Shown: positions 25,183-36,504 of the stretch, one piece after another | Numbering within the stretch: the first letter of the stretch is position 1 | Layout: each line of letters opens with the position of its first letter | Assembly: GCF_964188315.1 (NCBI RefSeq) | Contig: NC_135655.1 | Location: forward strand, 82,584,001 to 82,648,000 | Length of the DNA: 64,000 nt | Reading direction: 5' to 3' | Source: Podarcis muralis | Lineage: Eukaryota | The notes under the pieces: model-generated | The model's database searches: none | What the model saw: the letters and a program-made list of their open reading frames with translations, nothing else | What the model was told of the DNA's origin: nothing | Program-made: the position numbers and the translations under genes

Positions 25183-26136
25183 TCATGAGTAAATTAGGGT
25201 TCTTCTTTTGCCCTTTAGCCCAACAACCTTCACTAGGGCCCCCTTTACCTCTTGGTTCCTCAAACTGTAGATCATGGGGTTCAGCATGGGAGTAACAATG
25301 CAATAGAACAATGAGGCAGTCTTCCCCTGCTTAGGTGAATAGTGGGACCTAGGTCGCAAGTAGGCAAAGATGGCTGTCCCATAGCACAGGGTCACCACCA
25401 CTAGGTGGGCTGTACAAGTAGAAAAAGCTTTGCGCCTTCCCTCTGCTGTACGGATCTGGAAGATGGTTGTGACGATGTACACGTAAGACACCAGCACAAG
25501 GAAGAAGGGTGTGAGCAGAATGAGGACACCAGCTCCCAGCATCACAGCATCTCCCACAAAGGTGCTAGAGCAGGCCAGCTGCTGGACGGCTAAGACTTCG
25601 CAGCCAAAATGGTTGATGGTCTTCCTTCCGCAGAATGGCAAGTGCAGAGTGAACACCGTCTGCAACAGGGCATTCATGAAGCCGCAGAGCCAACACCCGA
25701 CTGCCATCTGCATGCAGAGCCGTTGGTTCATAAGAACATTATAATACAAGGGATGGCAGATTGCCATGTACCGGTCGTACGCCATGACAGCTAGCAGGAT
25801 GAATTCGATTCCTCCCAGAGACAGGGAGATGTACATCTGTGCCATGCAGCCCACAAAGGAGATGGTTTTGTGCTGGGCCAGGAAGTTGGACAACATTTGA
25901 GGAATGATTGTGGTGGTGTAGCACATGTCCAAGAAGGAGAGGTGGCTCAGAAAATAATACATAGGTGTGTGCAAGTGTGGGTCCCCTCTTATCGCCAGCA
26001 TGATGAGAATATTCCCTGCCAAGGTCACAAGATACATCCCCAGAAAAAGAGCAAAGAGGACTTTCTGAGTTACCGGATTACTGGTCAAGCCCAAAAGGAC
26101 AAACTCCATGTTCCATGATAGATTACCACTTCTCAT
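25183..26136 (-). CDS. Olfactory receptor, OR2/OR13-like
   Basis: [54 protein letters not shown]. Likely start MRSGNLS at 26136. Confidence 0.93.
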   Translation of the reverse strand: MRSGNLSWNMEFVLLGLTSNPVTQKVLFALFLGMYLVTLAGNILIMLAIRGDPHLHTPMYYFLSHLSFLDMCYTTTIIPQMLSNFLAQHKTISFVGCMAQMYISLSLGGIEFILLAVMAYDRYMAICHPLYYNVLMNQRLCMQMAVGCWLCGFMNALLQTVFTLHLPFCGRKTINHFGCEVLAVQQLACSSTFVGDAVMLGAGVLILLTPFFLVLVSYVYIVTTIFQIRTAEGRRKAFSTCTAHLVVVTLCYGTAIFAYLRPRSHYSPKQGKTASLFYCIVTPMLNPMIYSLRNQEVKGALVKVVGLKGKRRTLIYS

Positions 26137-26942
26137 ATTGTATCCAGATTCACCTATGATCGATGTCATAGCAACAACAAAAAAAGATGACAGTGATTTA
26201 GTTTTCCTAATAATTAATATAACAATTGCGTGGCTGGAGGATAGAAGTCTATCTCTTTTAGCTTTCTGTGACCAACAATGGCCAGCTTCCCAAGCAAAGC
26301 ATGATAGGAATTGCTTTCCCCTACAAACGATCCCCCAGTAACTCATAATGACACATGCATTGATTCTGAATAGGGACTCAGCATGGTGCATACAGAAGCA
26401 GAGCTTTGCATGAGAAAAAGTAGGGAGGGAAATAACAACACTTTACCTAATTACTTTCTCCAAATAAGATTTTTATATAGATATAGATATCCTGAATTTG
26501 ATATACATAAGATACCTATGGAATAGCAATTTCTTAATTTTCTTCCCTTTTAATTCAATGCAAAATCGTAAAGGATCACATTGTCTCTGAAATCAATAGA
26601 ATTCTTGGGACTTAAGCAAGGATTGATGAAATGCTCACCTCGTTTTCTTTCATTCATTCATTAAAAAAAAAACCTCTCAGAAAAGAAAAACTACAACATC
26701 TCAAGGCAACTTGTGGCATTCTTGGAATTAAAATTGTAATATAATAAAACACAACATCAGAAATAAAATAAGCAATTAAAAAATCAATTAAAAGCCACAC
26801 AGCATCTAGCACAGTGCATTACTGTTGCTACAACAAGCAGAAAAATCAGTGGTATCTGGGGATGAAAAGTTTGGGAACCACTGATTTAACCCATGTTATA
26901 CTATCAAAATACATTAAAAAAAATAATTCCCATAGCCAGATT

Positions 26943-27040
26943 CATAGAATCATGGAATCATGGAATCATAGAATCATAGAATCATAGAGTTGGAATAGAC
27001 CACAAGGGCCATCGAGTCCAACCCCCTGCCAAGCAGGAAA
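26943..27040 (-). mobile_element. CR1 3'-terminal fragment
   Basis: (CATAGAAT)n tail plus about 60 bp nearly identical to the 3' end of the CR1 at 50725. Confidence 0.9.
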
Positions 27041-28118
27041 TTCGTCTATTATATTTACCTTCCTTTTGCATTCTAATGTTACCCAAAATGTTTCAATAAT
27101 CATTTAAATAAAGCAATAAATTTATTGATGCCCAGCCCTGTCAGCTTTGTCTGATTCACAAGTCAAAATGAGCAGCGATGGCCAGAAGGTAGATTTGGGT
27201 CTACTTGTAGAACCCTGGGTTATTTCCATTAGATCAGCAAGGGTTTCTGTCATCATGACTCCCAATGGTTTAACAACAGCAAACAGCCAAAGAATACTTT
27301 GCAGCTAAATTAGGCTGCTGAAATGAAGAAAGCTAATGGGACTAGACTTCTGTCATTAGCGCCAGCATTGTATGCCATCTTTCCAGAGTCAAACAGTGTT
27401 CAGGGCAGCTTACAACATGTAAATATTTACATAATTACAAGAATATATCAAAATGTAAGTGGTCATAAGCAATACATGAAAACATCACCACATCATTTGT
27501 AATAAGGTCAAACAAAAATTACCCATAACAGCAAAAATTAAGCACCTCCAAAATTAAATATCGAAACCCCCCCAAAAAAAATCCTAAACAATACTTCCAT
27601 CCCATTAGTTTTTAGCCATCCTGAACATCAGGTCCTATAGGAGTCAAAGGTAAGGTGATTTTATGAAAGAACTGTGCAGCCAGTTCTCTTCTGGTACCGA
27701 AGACCAAGGGGCAAAGTGGGCTCAGAGTCAGCCTACTCTCTAATTCTAACAGAACATCTTTTGCACATGACTCTAGTTGGTAAATCTACTAAAAAAGTAA
27801 AGTAGATCCAAGAACCCTGAAATTAGCTCATCTCTGATGCAATCAACACAGTATATGAGCTAGCCCATCCATCCATCCATAGATGGATGGATGAAATCTG
27901 CCAGTGATTGCCACAGTAAGTGTGGATTTATTCAAGTCACCATGCATGCTTATAGCAAGGGCTGTGAATTAGATGAGCGAGTATGAATCTGGATTTGGGG
28001 TCCCTTCGCTGGCAATGTGTGCTTAAAATATTTTTTAAAAACATCCAACAGAATATACTTGGTTGGAGTAGACCCACCCAAATTAATAGGTGTAAGTTAG
28101 TCATATATACATATATAT

Positions 28119-28496
28119 AAGGTAAAGGACCCCTGGAGGGTTAAATCCAGTCAAAGGTGACTATGGGGTTGCGGCGCACATCTCACTTTCAGGCCAAGGG
28201 AGCCGGTGTTGGTCCACAGACAGCTTTCCGGGTCATGTGGACAGCATGACTAAACTGCTTCTGGTGCAACAGAACACCGTGACGGAAACCAGAATGCATG
28301 GAAACGCCATTTACCTTCCCGTTGCAGTGGTACCTATTTATCTACTTGCACTGCCATACTTTTGAACTGCTTGGTTGGCAGGAGCTGGGACAGAGCAACG
28401 GGAGCTCACCATCATCACATGGATTCTAAATGCTGACCTTTCAATTGGCAAGCCCAAGAGGCTCAGTGGTTTAGACCACAGGGCCACCCGCGTCCC
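28119..28496 (-). mobile_element. Sauria-type SINE
   Basis: Reverse complement of the same head, body and tail. Confidence 0.9.
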
Positions 28497-28511
28497 TAAG
28501 CTAGCCATATA

Positions 28512-28777
28512 CAGTCATACCTCATGTTACGTTTGCTTCAGGTTGAGCGTTTTCAGGTTGCGTCCCGTGGCGACCCGGAAGTACGCGTTACTTTCAGGTT
28601 TCGCCGCTCGCGCAAGGGCAGACGTGCAAAATGACGTCACATGCATACGCAGAAGCGGCAAATCGCAACATGCGCATGCGCAGATGCAGGTTGCGTTCTT
28701 TTCAGGTTGCGAATGGGCCTCCGGAACGGATCCCGTTCACAACCAGAGGTACCTTCATTCATTCATCGCAACCACTG
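28512..28777. mobile_element. CpG-rich Tigger-like MITE variant
   Basis: CAGTCATACCTC..GAGGTACC(insert)ACTG with TA flanks, repeated TTCAGGTT motifs, and an internal palindrome GCGCATGCGC. Confidence 0.7.
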
Positions 28778-29092
28778 TACATTCATTCCAATAGGCCTAC
28801 TCTTTGATGTACATTCTGCAAGCTTCTATGTTTCTGGTCAGAAATGCAAAAAGCATCTGGGAGTGAGCTCTTCATACCTGCACTTCTGGCTTTCTGGCCT
28901 CTAGAATTTCCAGAAAGTGTTCTCAGTTTTTCACCCCATATGAAATCTGTAGGGCCTTTGAGATTGGTTCCCACAAGTCCAATTACAGTATTTTCCCTCT
29001 GCACAGCACAGCATATTTCACTTTGACTTTGGTTCTGCTTCTGTGCCAAACATAATAAATTGATTAATGCCTTTTTCATAGTCCTATGCAAT

Positions 29093-29347
29093 GCACCTAG
29101 CTCAGTTGGTAGAGCATGAGACTATTAATCTCCAGGTCATGGGTTCGAACCCAGCGTTGGACAAAGGATTCCTGCATTGCAGCGGGGTGGACTAGATCAG
29201 TGTTTCCCAACCTTGTGCCTCCAGATGTTTTTTGGCCTACAACTCCCATCATCCCTGACTAGCAAGACCAGTGGCAAGGGATGATGGGAATTGTAGGCCA
29301 AAAACAGCTGGAGGCACAAGGTTGGGAAACACTGGACTAGATGACTC
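29093..29347 (+). mobile_element. tRNA-Lys(CTT)-derived SINE with CR1-like tail, interrupted by a hAT MITE
   Basis: CTAGCTCAGTTGGTAGAGCATGAGACT..GGGTTCGAACCC head followed by a GGACTAGATGAC CR1-type tail. Confidence 0.8.
29198..29334. mobile_element. hAT hairpin MITE
   Basis: TIR CAGTGTTTCCCAACCTT, near-palindromic over its length, perfect 8-bp TSD GACTAGAT. A related fragment lies at about 220-345. Confidence 0.92.
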
Positions 29348-30232
29348 TTTTTTTCTAATAAAAATTTATTAGATTTTGCACAATTATAACAAAAACCACA
29401 AAGCAGAATGACACACAAAAACAGAAAAAAAGAAAAATACATCAATGAACGAAAGAAGAAAAAAGGAACAATAGACAGATAAACAATAACATCAAACTTA
29501 ATTCTTTACAAATCCAACCTTTTAAACATCTTGGTTGACTTCCTCTAGTCCCTCCCTTCTGAGTTTCCTTGTAGTTAAAAGTAACAGCTTTCCAATATCA
29601 TTATTAAACTAAAACAATTTCCAATTACAGTCCGTCTTATTCACTTTTCTTAATATTCTAAATCCCATTTATTTAATTATAACTTAGTTTAATCCTAGGC
29701 CTATTTGTTTCTTTCAAGTAATTTATATTTTTTTATATTACGATATTTATTCAAATAGTCCTTAAATTTCCTCCAGTCCTCTTGAAACTCCTCTTCTTTC
29801 TGGTCGTGGATTCTTCCAGTCAGTCAGGTCAGCTAGCTCCGAAAAGTCCATCATCTTCCACTGTTGGTAATTCTTGTGTTTTCCAATTTTTAGCAAGTAA
29901 TATTCGGGTGGCCATTGTGGCATACAAAAATAATTTAACATCTTTTTTGTAATTCCAAGAAGAAAGGTCTCTGGTTTCTTAATAAATATTTCAACATTTT
30001 TTTCAGTTCATTATAAATCTTCTCCCAGAAGTCTTTCACCTTGGGACCAGTCCACCACATATGGAAAAAAGGACCTTCTTTTTCTTTACATTTCCAACAA
30101 AGGTTATCACTATTGCGATAAATCTTTGCTAGTTTTACAGGGGTCAAGTATATACATCATCTTCATAATATTTTCCTTTAACATCGTACATGCAGTGAAC
30201 TTAACCCCTTTCTTCCATATCCTTTCCCAATC
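29345..30232 (-). mobile_element. L1 3' fragment (ORF2 C-terminus, 3'UTR, polyA)
   Basis: TPVKLAKIY..CWKCKEKEGPFFHMWW knuckle, with a poly-T end on the plus strand. Confidence 0.85.
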
Positions 30233-30328
30233 CTGTCTGTGGACAAACGCCGGCTCCCTCAGCCTGAAGCGAGATGAATGTCACACCTCTTAATCTTAAC
30301 CATCCAGGGGTCTTTTACCTTTTACCAT
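30233..30328 (+). mobile_element. Sauria-type SINE 3' fragment overlapping the OR stop codon
   Basis: CTGTCTGTGGACAAACGCCGGCTCCCTC..TTAACCATCCAGGGGTCTTTTACCTTTTACC matches the 3' end of the copy at 63720-63822. Confidence 0.85.
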
Positions 30329-31301
30329 CCCCTTTTCTTTCTGTGTGCCAAGGACTATACTGAAGCAAAACCACTTCTATGTGGTCAAGTGCTTTTGTCA
30401 GGGCATCCTTCACATCCTTGTTCCTCAGACTGTAGATCAGAGGATTGAGCATAGGGATCACTACCGTATAGAACACCGAAGCCCATTTGTCTTGGTCCAA
30501 GGAATAGCTGGAGCTGGGCCGAAAATACATAAAGAGCATTGTCCCATGGAATAGCCCAACGGCCGTAAGGTGAGAGGCGCAGGTAGAAAAGGCTTTCTGC
30601 CTGCCGGCAGTGGAGTGCATTTTTGTGATTGTGCCTAAGATATAGATGTAGGAAACAAGAATCATGCCAATGCTGCCTCCTATAATGAAACTAAGAAAGG
30701 TAAATATCAGAATCTCATTGATGTATGTGTCAGAACAGGAGAGTGCCAGTAGGGGAGGTATATCACAAAAGAAATGATTGATGATATTAGACCTGCAGAA
30801 TGGTAGCCGGAATGTACAGCAAGTGTGTATCATTGAATCCACGATGCCCATGAAGTAAGCTACAGCCATCAGCTGTCTGCACACTCTCTTGGACATAAGA
30901 ACCGAATAGTGAAGGGGCTTGCAGATGGCCACGTACCTGTCATAGGCCATCAAAGCCAGCAAAAGGCATTCTACATCAGCAAATAAGCCAAATAAATATA
31001 GCTGTATAGCACAAGAATTATAAGCAATACTTTTACTCTCAGCTAAGAGGTCAGCCAGCATTTTGGGAGCAATGACTGAGGAATAACAGAGGTCAACAAA
31101 TGAGAGGTTGCCCAGGAAAAAATACATGGGGTTGTGAAGCTGAGGTTCAACACAAATTAAGACAATCATCCCAACGTTCCAGATTACAGTGATGACATAA
31201 ATCAGTAGGAAGACCATAAAAAGAGGGAGCTGCATTTTTGGATTATCTGTGAATCCCCGAAAAATGAATGCTGTTATCACCGAATGATTTCCTTTATCCA
31301 T
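30315..31301 (-). CDS. Olfactory receptor, OR5W/OR5AR-like (paralog of the gene at 60143)
   Basis: Canonical motifs plus [25 protein letters not shown] at 31301 (MDKGNHS). The stop codon lies in a SINE tail. Confidence 0.93.
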   Translation of the reverse strand: MDKGNHSVITAFIFRGFTDNPKMQLPLFMVFLLIYVITVIWNVGMIVLICVEPQLHNPMYFFLGNLSFVDLCYSSVIAPKMLADLLAESKSIAYNSCAIQLYLFGLFADVECLLLALMAYDRYVAICKPLHYSVLMSKRVCRQLMAVAYFMGIVDSMIHTCCTFRLPFCRSNIINHFFCDIPPLLALSCSDTYINEILIFTFLSFIIGGSIGMILVSYIYILGTITKMHSTAGRQKAFSTCASHLTAVGLFHGTMLFMYFRPSSSYSLDQDKWASVFYTVVIPMLNPLIYSLRNKDVKDALTKALDHIEVVLLQYSPWHTERKGDGKR

Positions 31302-31549
31302 TATTTTTTCCAATGGATGCTGAGATAAGGACGTTTGCTTTCTCTGGAATTTTCTTTCTGACTTTTCCTAGCAAGGCAAGAAAAAAAAGCAAACAAATGT
31401 GCTTTTTAACAGTTTACTTGAGTACAATCCTGGAACGGGGGTTATGGGTTCACATCCTATTGGGTTCACACCATTTTCATATGTCAGTCCCATTGTAAAA
31501 AAATTTGCAATGTATTTGAGCTGTGAATGTGGCGGACGTAAATGCACTT

Positions 31550-32428
31550 TCCATCTCTTGGGAGGCGTGCAATTAGTGCCAGCACCATCCATTAAGAGTT
31601 TGGGTGTAATCTTCGACACCTCCCTTTCCATGGAGGCGCAGATTGCAGCTATAACAAAGGCAGCATTTTTTCATGTCCACCAAGCTAAGCAGTTGGCTCC
31701 TTACCTCTCTCACCCTGACCTAGCCACTGTGATCCACGCGACGGTCACCTCCAGACTGGATTATTGTAACTCGCTCTACGTGGGGCTGCCCTTGAGACTG
31801 ACCCAGAAACTCCAGCGGGTGCAGAATGCTGCAGCAAGACTCCTTACGAGGTCTTCGCTGCGAGATCACATTCACCCGGTGCTATACCAGCTGCACTGGC
31901 TCCCGGTGGAGTACAGGATCAGGTTTAAGGTGCTGGTTTTAACCTTCAAAGCCCTATACGGCCTAGGACCCTCATACCTATGGGACCGCCTCTCCTGGTA
32001 TGTCCCACGGAGGACCTTACGGTCTTCAAATAAAAACATCTTGGAGATCCCGGGCCACAGGGAGGTTAGGCTGGCCTCAACCACAGCCAGGGCTTTTTCG
32101 GCCATGGCCCCGATCTGGTGGAACGCTCTGTCACAAGAGACTAGGGTCCTGCGGGACTTGACAAAGACAGAGCTGTTCCACCAGGCCTTTGGCCAAGGCA
32201 CAGTCTGACCCCCTCTCTCCTTCTGTAATCCTCATAGAACTCTAGCCCAATGGTTGCCATTAAGTTGATTTTGAATTGATTTTAGAATGAATTGATTTTA
32301 GAATGCATTTCAATTAATTGATTGTGATTTTATGTAAACTGTGTTACTTTTATTGTTGTTAGCCGCTCTGAGCCCAGCTTCAGCTGGGGAGGGCGGGATA
32401 TAAATAAAATTTTATTATTATTTATTAT
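31550..32428 (+). mobile_element. L2-clade LINE 3' fragment with open RT C-terminal frame
   Basis: KSLGVIFD, SRLDYCNSLY, QNAAARLLT and LHWLPVEYRIRFK, followed by an AT-rich tail. Lies in the inferred intron of the OR at 31301. Confidence 0.9.
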
Positions 32429-33029
32429 TGTGGGGGGGGATCTGTATGCACAATAAACATGTATGCATGTGTCGATGCACATATACAATGGCCACAACAA
32501 ACTTTGGCATATTTCCCACAGAGAGATGGCTTACTATCAGTTTGGCCCTCAGGATGAAAGTTAGTCACCCCTAATTTAAATGGTACAAATATATTATTTA
32601 TTTCATTGCATGTAATTCTCATTATTTTTACTGAATGATTTTTATAAATGCGTAAAGATTAAAATAAGCACTGTAGAATTTCCGGCAGCTGAAGTGAGGC
32701 AATAAACAGTGTGGATAGTCAGAGTGACATTTAATCACTAGAAGACTCAATTCTGCTCTTTTAAGTTGTGTACAAGTAACTCAATCATATTCGGCTGTTG
32801 GATTGGGCTCAAGATAGATTCATAGGTGTCAAGGTCTTGGGTGCCCAAACACCCACAAAATTCCCCATATAGGAATCAGACACCTACAAAATGCAGCAGC
32901 GGGCACATGGGACATCAATTGCACATGCCCCCACAGCGTGCACGGCCCCAGGCACCCATGGTTCCAGAGCCAAGCCAGTGTGCCTGGATGGATTCATGTT
33001 TCAGAATAGTCTTCATGAAATAAGATTCT

Positions 33030-33296
33030 GAGAAGAAGAAGAGGAGGAGGAGGAGGAGTTTGGATTTGATATCCCGCTTTATCACTCCCCTTCAGGAGTC
33101 TCAAAGCGGCCAACATTCTCCTTTCCCTTCCTCCCCCACAACAAACACTCTGTGAGGTAAGTGGGGCTGAGAGACTTCAGAGAAGTGTGACTAGCCCAAG
33201 GTCACCCAGCAGCTGCATGTGGAGGAGCGGAGACGCGAACCCGATTCCCCAGATTACAAATCTACCTCTCTTAACCACTACACCACACTGGCTCTC
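33030..33296 (-). mobile_element. CORE-type tRNA-derived SINE (Squam3-like)
   Basis: Minus-strand head GAGAGCCAGTGTGGTGTAGTGG, B box, CORE motif GTGACCTTGGGCTAGTCAC, and a (CTC/TTC)n tail. Confidence 0.8.
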
Positions 33297-33492
33297 AGAG
33301 AATGGTTTGGGAGGATTTTGAACCACTCTGGATTTGGTAACTCTCAGTAATCAAGCTGGTCTGTGATGTTAATGTTCTCAACATAAAATCCCACATGGTT
33401 CACCATGGTCAAATGATTGCAAACAGTTACCTCAAAGTGGCAAAACATGTAACTCTAGCCTTAGTTTTCTGCTCCTCAATTAGCAAACTTAC

Positions 33493-33670
33493 CTGGAGTA
33501 TACTGTGTGGTTTCTTCTCTGCTTTCAGAATCTGTAAGTAGACCAAGAGGTCTTAAATGCCATTTGGTGGCGTCTGGGATAGTGTCCCTGAGGCACCTGA
33601 ATACCCCTGATCCTGGGAATTGCATACACTGTTGTGTGAATATCCTAGCAATTAAACTTCCTATTTTGTT
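33493..33670 (-). promoter_or_regulatory. Predicted promoter and non-coding exon 1 of the OR at 31301
   Basis: Same motifs in the same order. Donor CAG|GTAAGT at 33492 and acceptor TAG|GAAAAGTCAG at 31368. Confidence 0.65.
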
Positions 33671-33922
33671 TTCGTAGATTTTTTAAGCTGTGGGTTGCTT
33701 GCCTCCCTGATCACTTATAGTCAGAATCAGCTAACCAGCTTTACTGACAGTTTCACATATATGCCTCTATAATTTCCATCAACAGTAGTAACTAGCTCCC
33801 CAGTCAAGGGCAACTAATGAATGCTACCAAAATGGCAAGGGAGGTGCTTAGCTCATACTATATGGAACACATCCACAACCAGATCTAGTGAGACAATCCA
33901 GGGAAAAGAAGCAGGGTAGAAT

Positions 33923-33970
<48 letters not shown>

Positions 33971-33994
33971 ATTTCAAATGCAGGATATCTATAT

Positions 33995-34185
33995 CTTCAG
34001 GTTACAGACTCCACTAACCTGGAAATAGTACCTCAGGTTAAGAACTTTGCTTCAGGATGAGAACAGAAATCGTGCGGCAGCAGCAGGAGGCCCCATTAGC
34101 TAAAGTGGTACCTCAGGTTAAGAACAGTTTCAGGTTAAGAACAGACCTCCGGAACGAATTAAGTTCTTAACTTGAGGTACCACTG
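33995..34185. mobile_element. Tigger-like TcMar MITE, left end missing
   Basis: Matches 440-638. Confidence 0.85.
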
Positions 34186-34613
34186 TATAAAAATCTTATT
34201 TGGCGAAAGTAATTGGGTAAAGTGTTATTGTTTCCCTTCCACCTTTTTCTCTTAAGCAAAGCTCTGCTTCTGTATGCACCATGCTGGGTCCCAATTCAGA
34301 ATCAATGCATAAAGAAGAAAAAAGCACGAAGTGTCAGGCATTAGAGGATCCAACCCCCCCCCCCAGCAGGTTGCCAGGAATGGATAATACAAGGAAAAGT
34401 TCTTACCAACTGCTTTTTATTCAATATCCACAAAGATAGGCTTGGAAATGCAACCTCTTGGAATAATGGCGTTGCCCCAAGTGAGTCTTCACCTCCTCCC
34501 TCTCTCTCTTCATGCATCATCACTATGGGTGCTGAGAAGTGCCCTCTGAGCTCTCTGCTCTCCTACTTTCAGTGTTCACTGGATTCTGGGAGAGGGGGGT
34601 CTGGAATGCTTTC

Positions 34614-34663
<50 letters not shown>

Positions 34664-34666
<3 letters not shown>

Positions 34667-35131
34667 TTTCGTAGATTTTCACGGGTACAGGAATGCAGGT
34701 TTTGGTGTCCTCGGGTGTCTTCCCGTGTAAAAGTTGGGGTGTCTAGGCGACGTTTCGACGAGGTCTCACTCGTCATCTTCAGGCTGGTGCTTTCGGCTTC
34801 TTGTTACTGGAACAGAGCAGGATCTCAGTGTTTGAGTTCCTATAAATACTGTTGAGGAGGTGTGGTGTATAGCCTCCAATGTTCTGGGCAGAGAGGAAGT
34901 TCCCAGGCTAGTGTGCCTTTTCTTCTTTTGTTCCTTAATTGCTTGAGGGATATCTTGAGTGATTTCTTGAGTGATATCCTGAGTACCACTTAGGTGGGTC
35001 ATTAGGTGTGGATTAGTTGCTAAAGCCTTTGTGTCTTGACCTCTTGAACTTTGTGAAGAGTTTTTCTGAGAAGATGGATGTACTGCACTTAGTTGTGCTC
35101 TGGCTTGGCTTCGTGTATAGGGGCGAGCTGT

Positions 35132-35134
<3 letters not shown>
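34664..35134 (-). mobile_element. Penelope-like element terminal (pLTR) fragment
   Basis: Characteristic CCTGAAGATG..CGAAACGTC motif on the minus strand, bounded on both sides by (TA)n. Confidence 0.7.
34746..34787 (-). ncRNA. Minimal hammerhead-ribozyme-like motif
   Basis: CUGAAGA-U-[GACGAG/UGAGAC/CUCGUC hairpin]-GAAAC-GUC. Perfect 6-bp stem II, but weak stem I. Confidence 0.5.
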
Positions 35135-35177
<43 letters not shown>

Positions 35178-35180
<3 letters not shown>

Positions 35181-35650
35181 AATTTTCAAATTATAACAAC
35201 AAATTTTCCACAAATCTTAACTGAACAATTTATATATCCATATTTCTCCCCTTCCCCCCCCCCTTTGGCTTCCCCCATATTTCTGTATTGATTTATTAAA
35301 CAAATTCTATACCCTGCTGATTTTACCTCTTATATTGTTGTGAAAGTTTAGTCAAAACCTGCCAATGGCTCCAATGGCTCCAATGGGTCTTTATACTGTC
35401 TTTTTATATAGTTTATAAATGGTTCCCACTCCTTTTTGAAATCGATGTTGTCTCTCTCATGTATCCTCTCCTACGCCAATTCCGCGTAGTCTATAAGCTT
35501 GGCTTGCCATTCTTCCTTTGTTGGCGTTTCCTCTGTTTTCCATACTTGTGCTAATAAGATTCTTGCTGCTGTTGTCACATACATAAACAATCTCCAATTT
35601 CCCTCTCTTATCATGATCTAAAATTCTGAGCAGGAAAGATTCTGCTTTTT
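35178..35650 (-). mobile_element. L1 3' fragment (different subfamily)
   Basis: Minus strand reads TTAARILLAQVWKTEETPTKEEWQAKLIDYAELA, typical of an L1 ORF2 C-terminus. Confidence 0.75.
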
Positions 35651-35869
35651 GACAAAGGTTTTTAGAATGGAATGCTTTCTAAAGACACTGTGTCCGTCAG
35701 TTGTCGCCCCTCTTCTCCCATTATTTCCCAGCTTTTCCCCTCATCTGCCTCCGAGCTGTCATCTCCCTCAAACCTCTGTTGTAATTCTGAACTGTCTTCT
35801 TCATCTCTGGAAGGGTCAGGCTGGGGAGGCAGTCTCCACCATTCCTCCTCTGCCCCGTCCCTGACACGC

Positions 35870-36055
35870 AGTTTAAAAGTCCAAAGTCCTGGGAGAAAAG
35901 GAATGTTTTTGCCTGGCACCTAAAGGTGTATAATGAAGGTGCCAGGCGAGTCTCCCTGGAGAGAGCATTCCACAAACAGGGAGCAACTGCAGAAAAGGCC
36001 CATTCTCATGTTGCCACCCTCCAGACATCTTGTGGAGGAGGCACACAAAGAAGGT
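35870..36055 (-). mobile_element. L2 3' fragment
   Basis: Reverse complement resembles 2880-3030 (WNALSRETRLAPSLYTFRCQAKTFLF). Confidence 0.75.
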
Positions 36056-36504
36056 GATGAGCCAGTTGATGCTCTTGCATTCACTGAAGGACCATTGCTT
36101 TAGCAGATACCTCTGTTAACAGGGAGGGAAGGGAGTTTTGCCAATTTGCTCTCCTCCGTGCAGCCCCTTTCCTCTTCTGGGAGACCACCCCACACTCTGG
36201 AGCCAATATTTAGGGGCACTGGGGAGTACAGGAAATAGGACGAATGTGTGTGTGTTCAATTAAATTTTACTTAAAGTAGACTCAGGGTTTGTCCACTTTT
36301 CCACTTGCCCCATGCCTTGAAAGCATGGGTTCAAACAGTTTTCTCCTTGCCCTACTCCTTTCCTAGGGGGGAAAACTCATTCTTTAGTGCTAAATCAGAG
36401 CAAACATGCATCTGGAGAAAACCCAAATCGCTGTTTGCTCTGAATGATCGCTAAAGAGTGGTTTTTCCCAGGGGAACAAGAGCAGGACAAGAGGAATTGT
36501 GGCT

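Noticed and set aside
26137-26391. 85-aa N-terminal extension of the OR2/13-like ORF
   Set aside because: Not OR-like, and a typical start with an N-glycosylation site lies at 26136. Probably chance open frame in the intron or UTR.
26943-26990. CRISPR-like or novel short repeat array ((CATAGAAT)n)
   Set aside because: This is the standard 8-bp CR1 tail with no unique spacers, in eukaryotic DNA.
29093-29165. Functional tRNA-Lys gene
   Set aside because: The anticodon region reads ATT rather than CTT, the acceptor stem is broken, and it runs into a CR1-like tail, so it is a SINE head.
36466-36475. Perfect O/E site TCCCAGGGGA as an OR enhancer
   Set aside because: It lies within a repeat-derived palindrome with no adjacent homeodomain site or other support.
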